Below are positions 63,540 to 64,000 of a DNA stretch of 64,000 nucleotides, in pieces. The position numbers and the translations under genes are program-made. Numbering within the stretch: position 1 is the stretch's first letter; each line of letters starts with the position of its first letter. Origin of the DNA: Lytechinus pictus (lineage: Eukaryota); the NCBI RefSeq assembly GCF_037042905.1, contig NC_087250.1, positions 20,834,001-20,898,000 of the forward strand. The letters run 5' to 3'. The notes beneath the pieces were generated by a model. It was given only the letters and a program-made list of their open reading frames with translations. It was not told the origin of the DNA and did not search any database.

Positions 63540-64000
63540 GTGTGTTGATTCAGTTGATGAAACTTATTCCTCTCTTTGAAAGCTTGCAATCATAATACTC
63601 AATCTGACGTGTCCAAGCTTATTATACATTTCACTAACACATCCTGTATGTTAGATCCCATCCCGACATGGCTTCTAAGAGATAATCTTGTGCAGCTATT
63701 GCCATTAATCACTGACATTATTAATATCTCTTTATCTACAGGTAGTTTCCCTTTAGGAGCACATTCATCAATTGTTAGACCCCTGTTGAAAAAACCGAAT
63801 CTGGATCAAAATTAACTTTCAAACTACAGACCAGTTTCTAATCTCTCTTTCCTTGCTAAACTCATTAAAAAAGCAGCTTGTTCACAACTAGTTCAACACA
63901 TCTAAAGCAATAATATGTTTGATTATGTTCAATCTGCTTACAGGTCGTATCATAGCACAGAGTCGGCACTGGTTAAAGTTAAAAACGATATCATGTTTTC
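63540..64000 (+). mobile_element. L2-type LINE RT region, decayed, runs off window
   Basis: SCMLDPIPTWLL..IINISLSTGSFP..PLLKKP..NYRPVSNLSFLAKL..QSAYR..HSTESALVKV with in-frame stops. Confidence 0.88.

Overview
AT-rich, repeat-dense eukaryotic (animal) genomic DNA. The repeat families look like those of a marine deuterostome invertebrate such as a sea urchin; this is inference and is not verified. One host gene is readable: a + strand SLC5-family sodium/solute symporter (SGLT/SMIT-like). It has 13 GT-AG exons from 2723 to the stop at 27574, which splice into one open 618-aa frame; the first two coding exons must lie upstream of the window. The rest is introns and about 36 kb of apparently gene-free DNA filled with mobile elements. 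These include a decayed 3.1-kb EN+RT LINE, L1/Tx1, L2 and RTE fragments, tRNA-derived SINEs, Kolobok/T2-type TTAA MITEs, PIF/Harbinger-group MITEs, a Helentron-type element, and micro- and minisatellites. The most notable observations are: (i) a 4.4-kb foldback element with TACGG termini, a 6-bp TSD, roughly 1-kb inverted arms and its own empty site in a paralogous block (IS3EU-like); (ii) a non-autonomous AcademH element with a 9-bp TSD and a RecQ-helicase remnant; (iii) an SLC5 protein with several altered sugar-site residues; (iv) old local duplications that preserve AATCGATT palindromes and an NF-kB-like site. I found no CRISPR array, rRNA or bona fide tRNA, and no clearly new protein-coding system.
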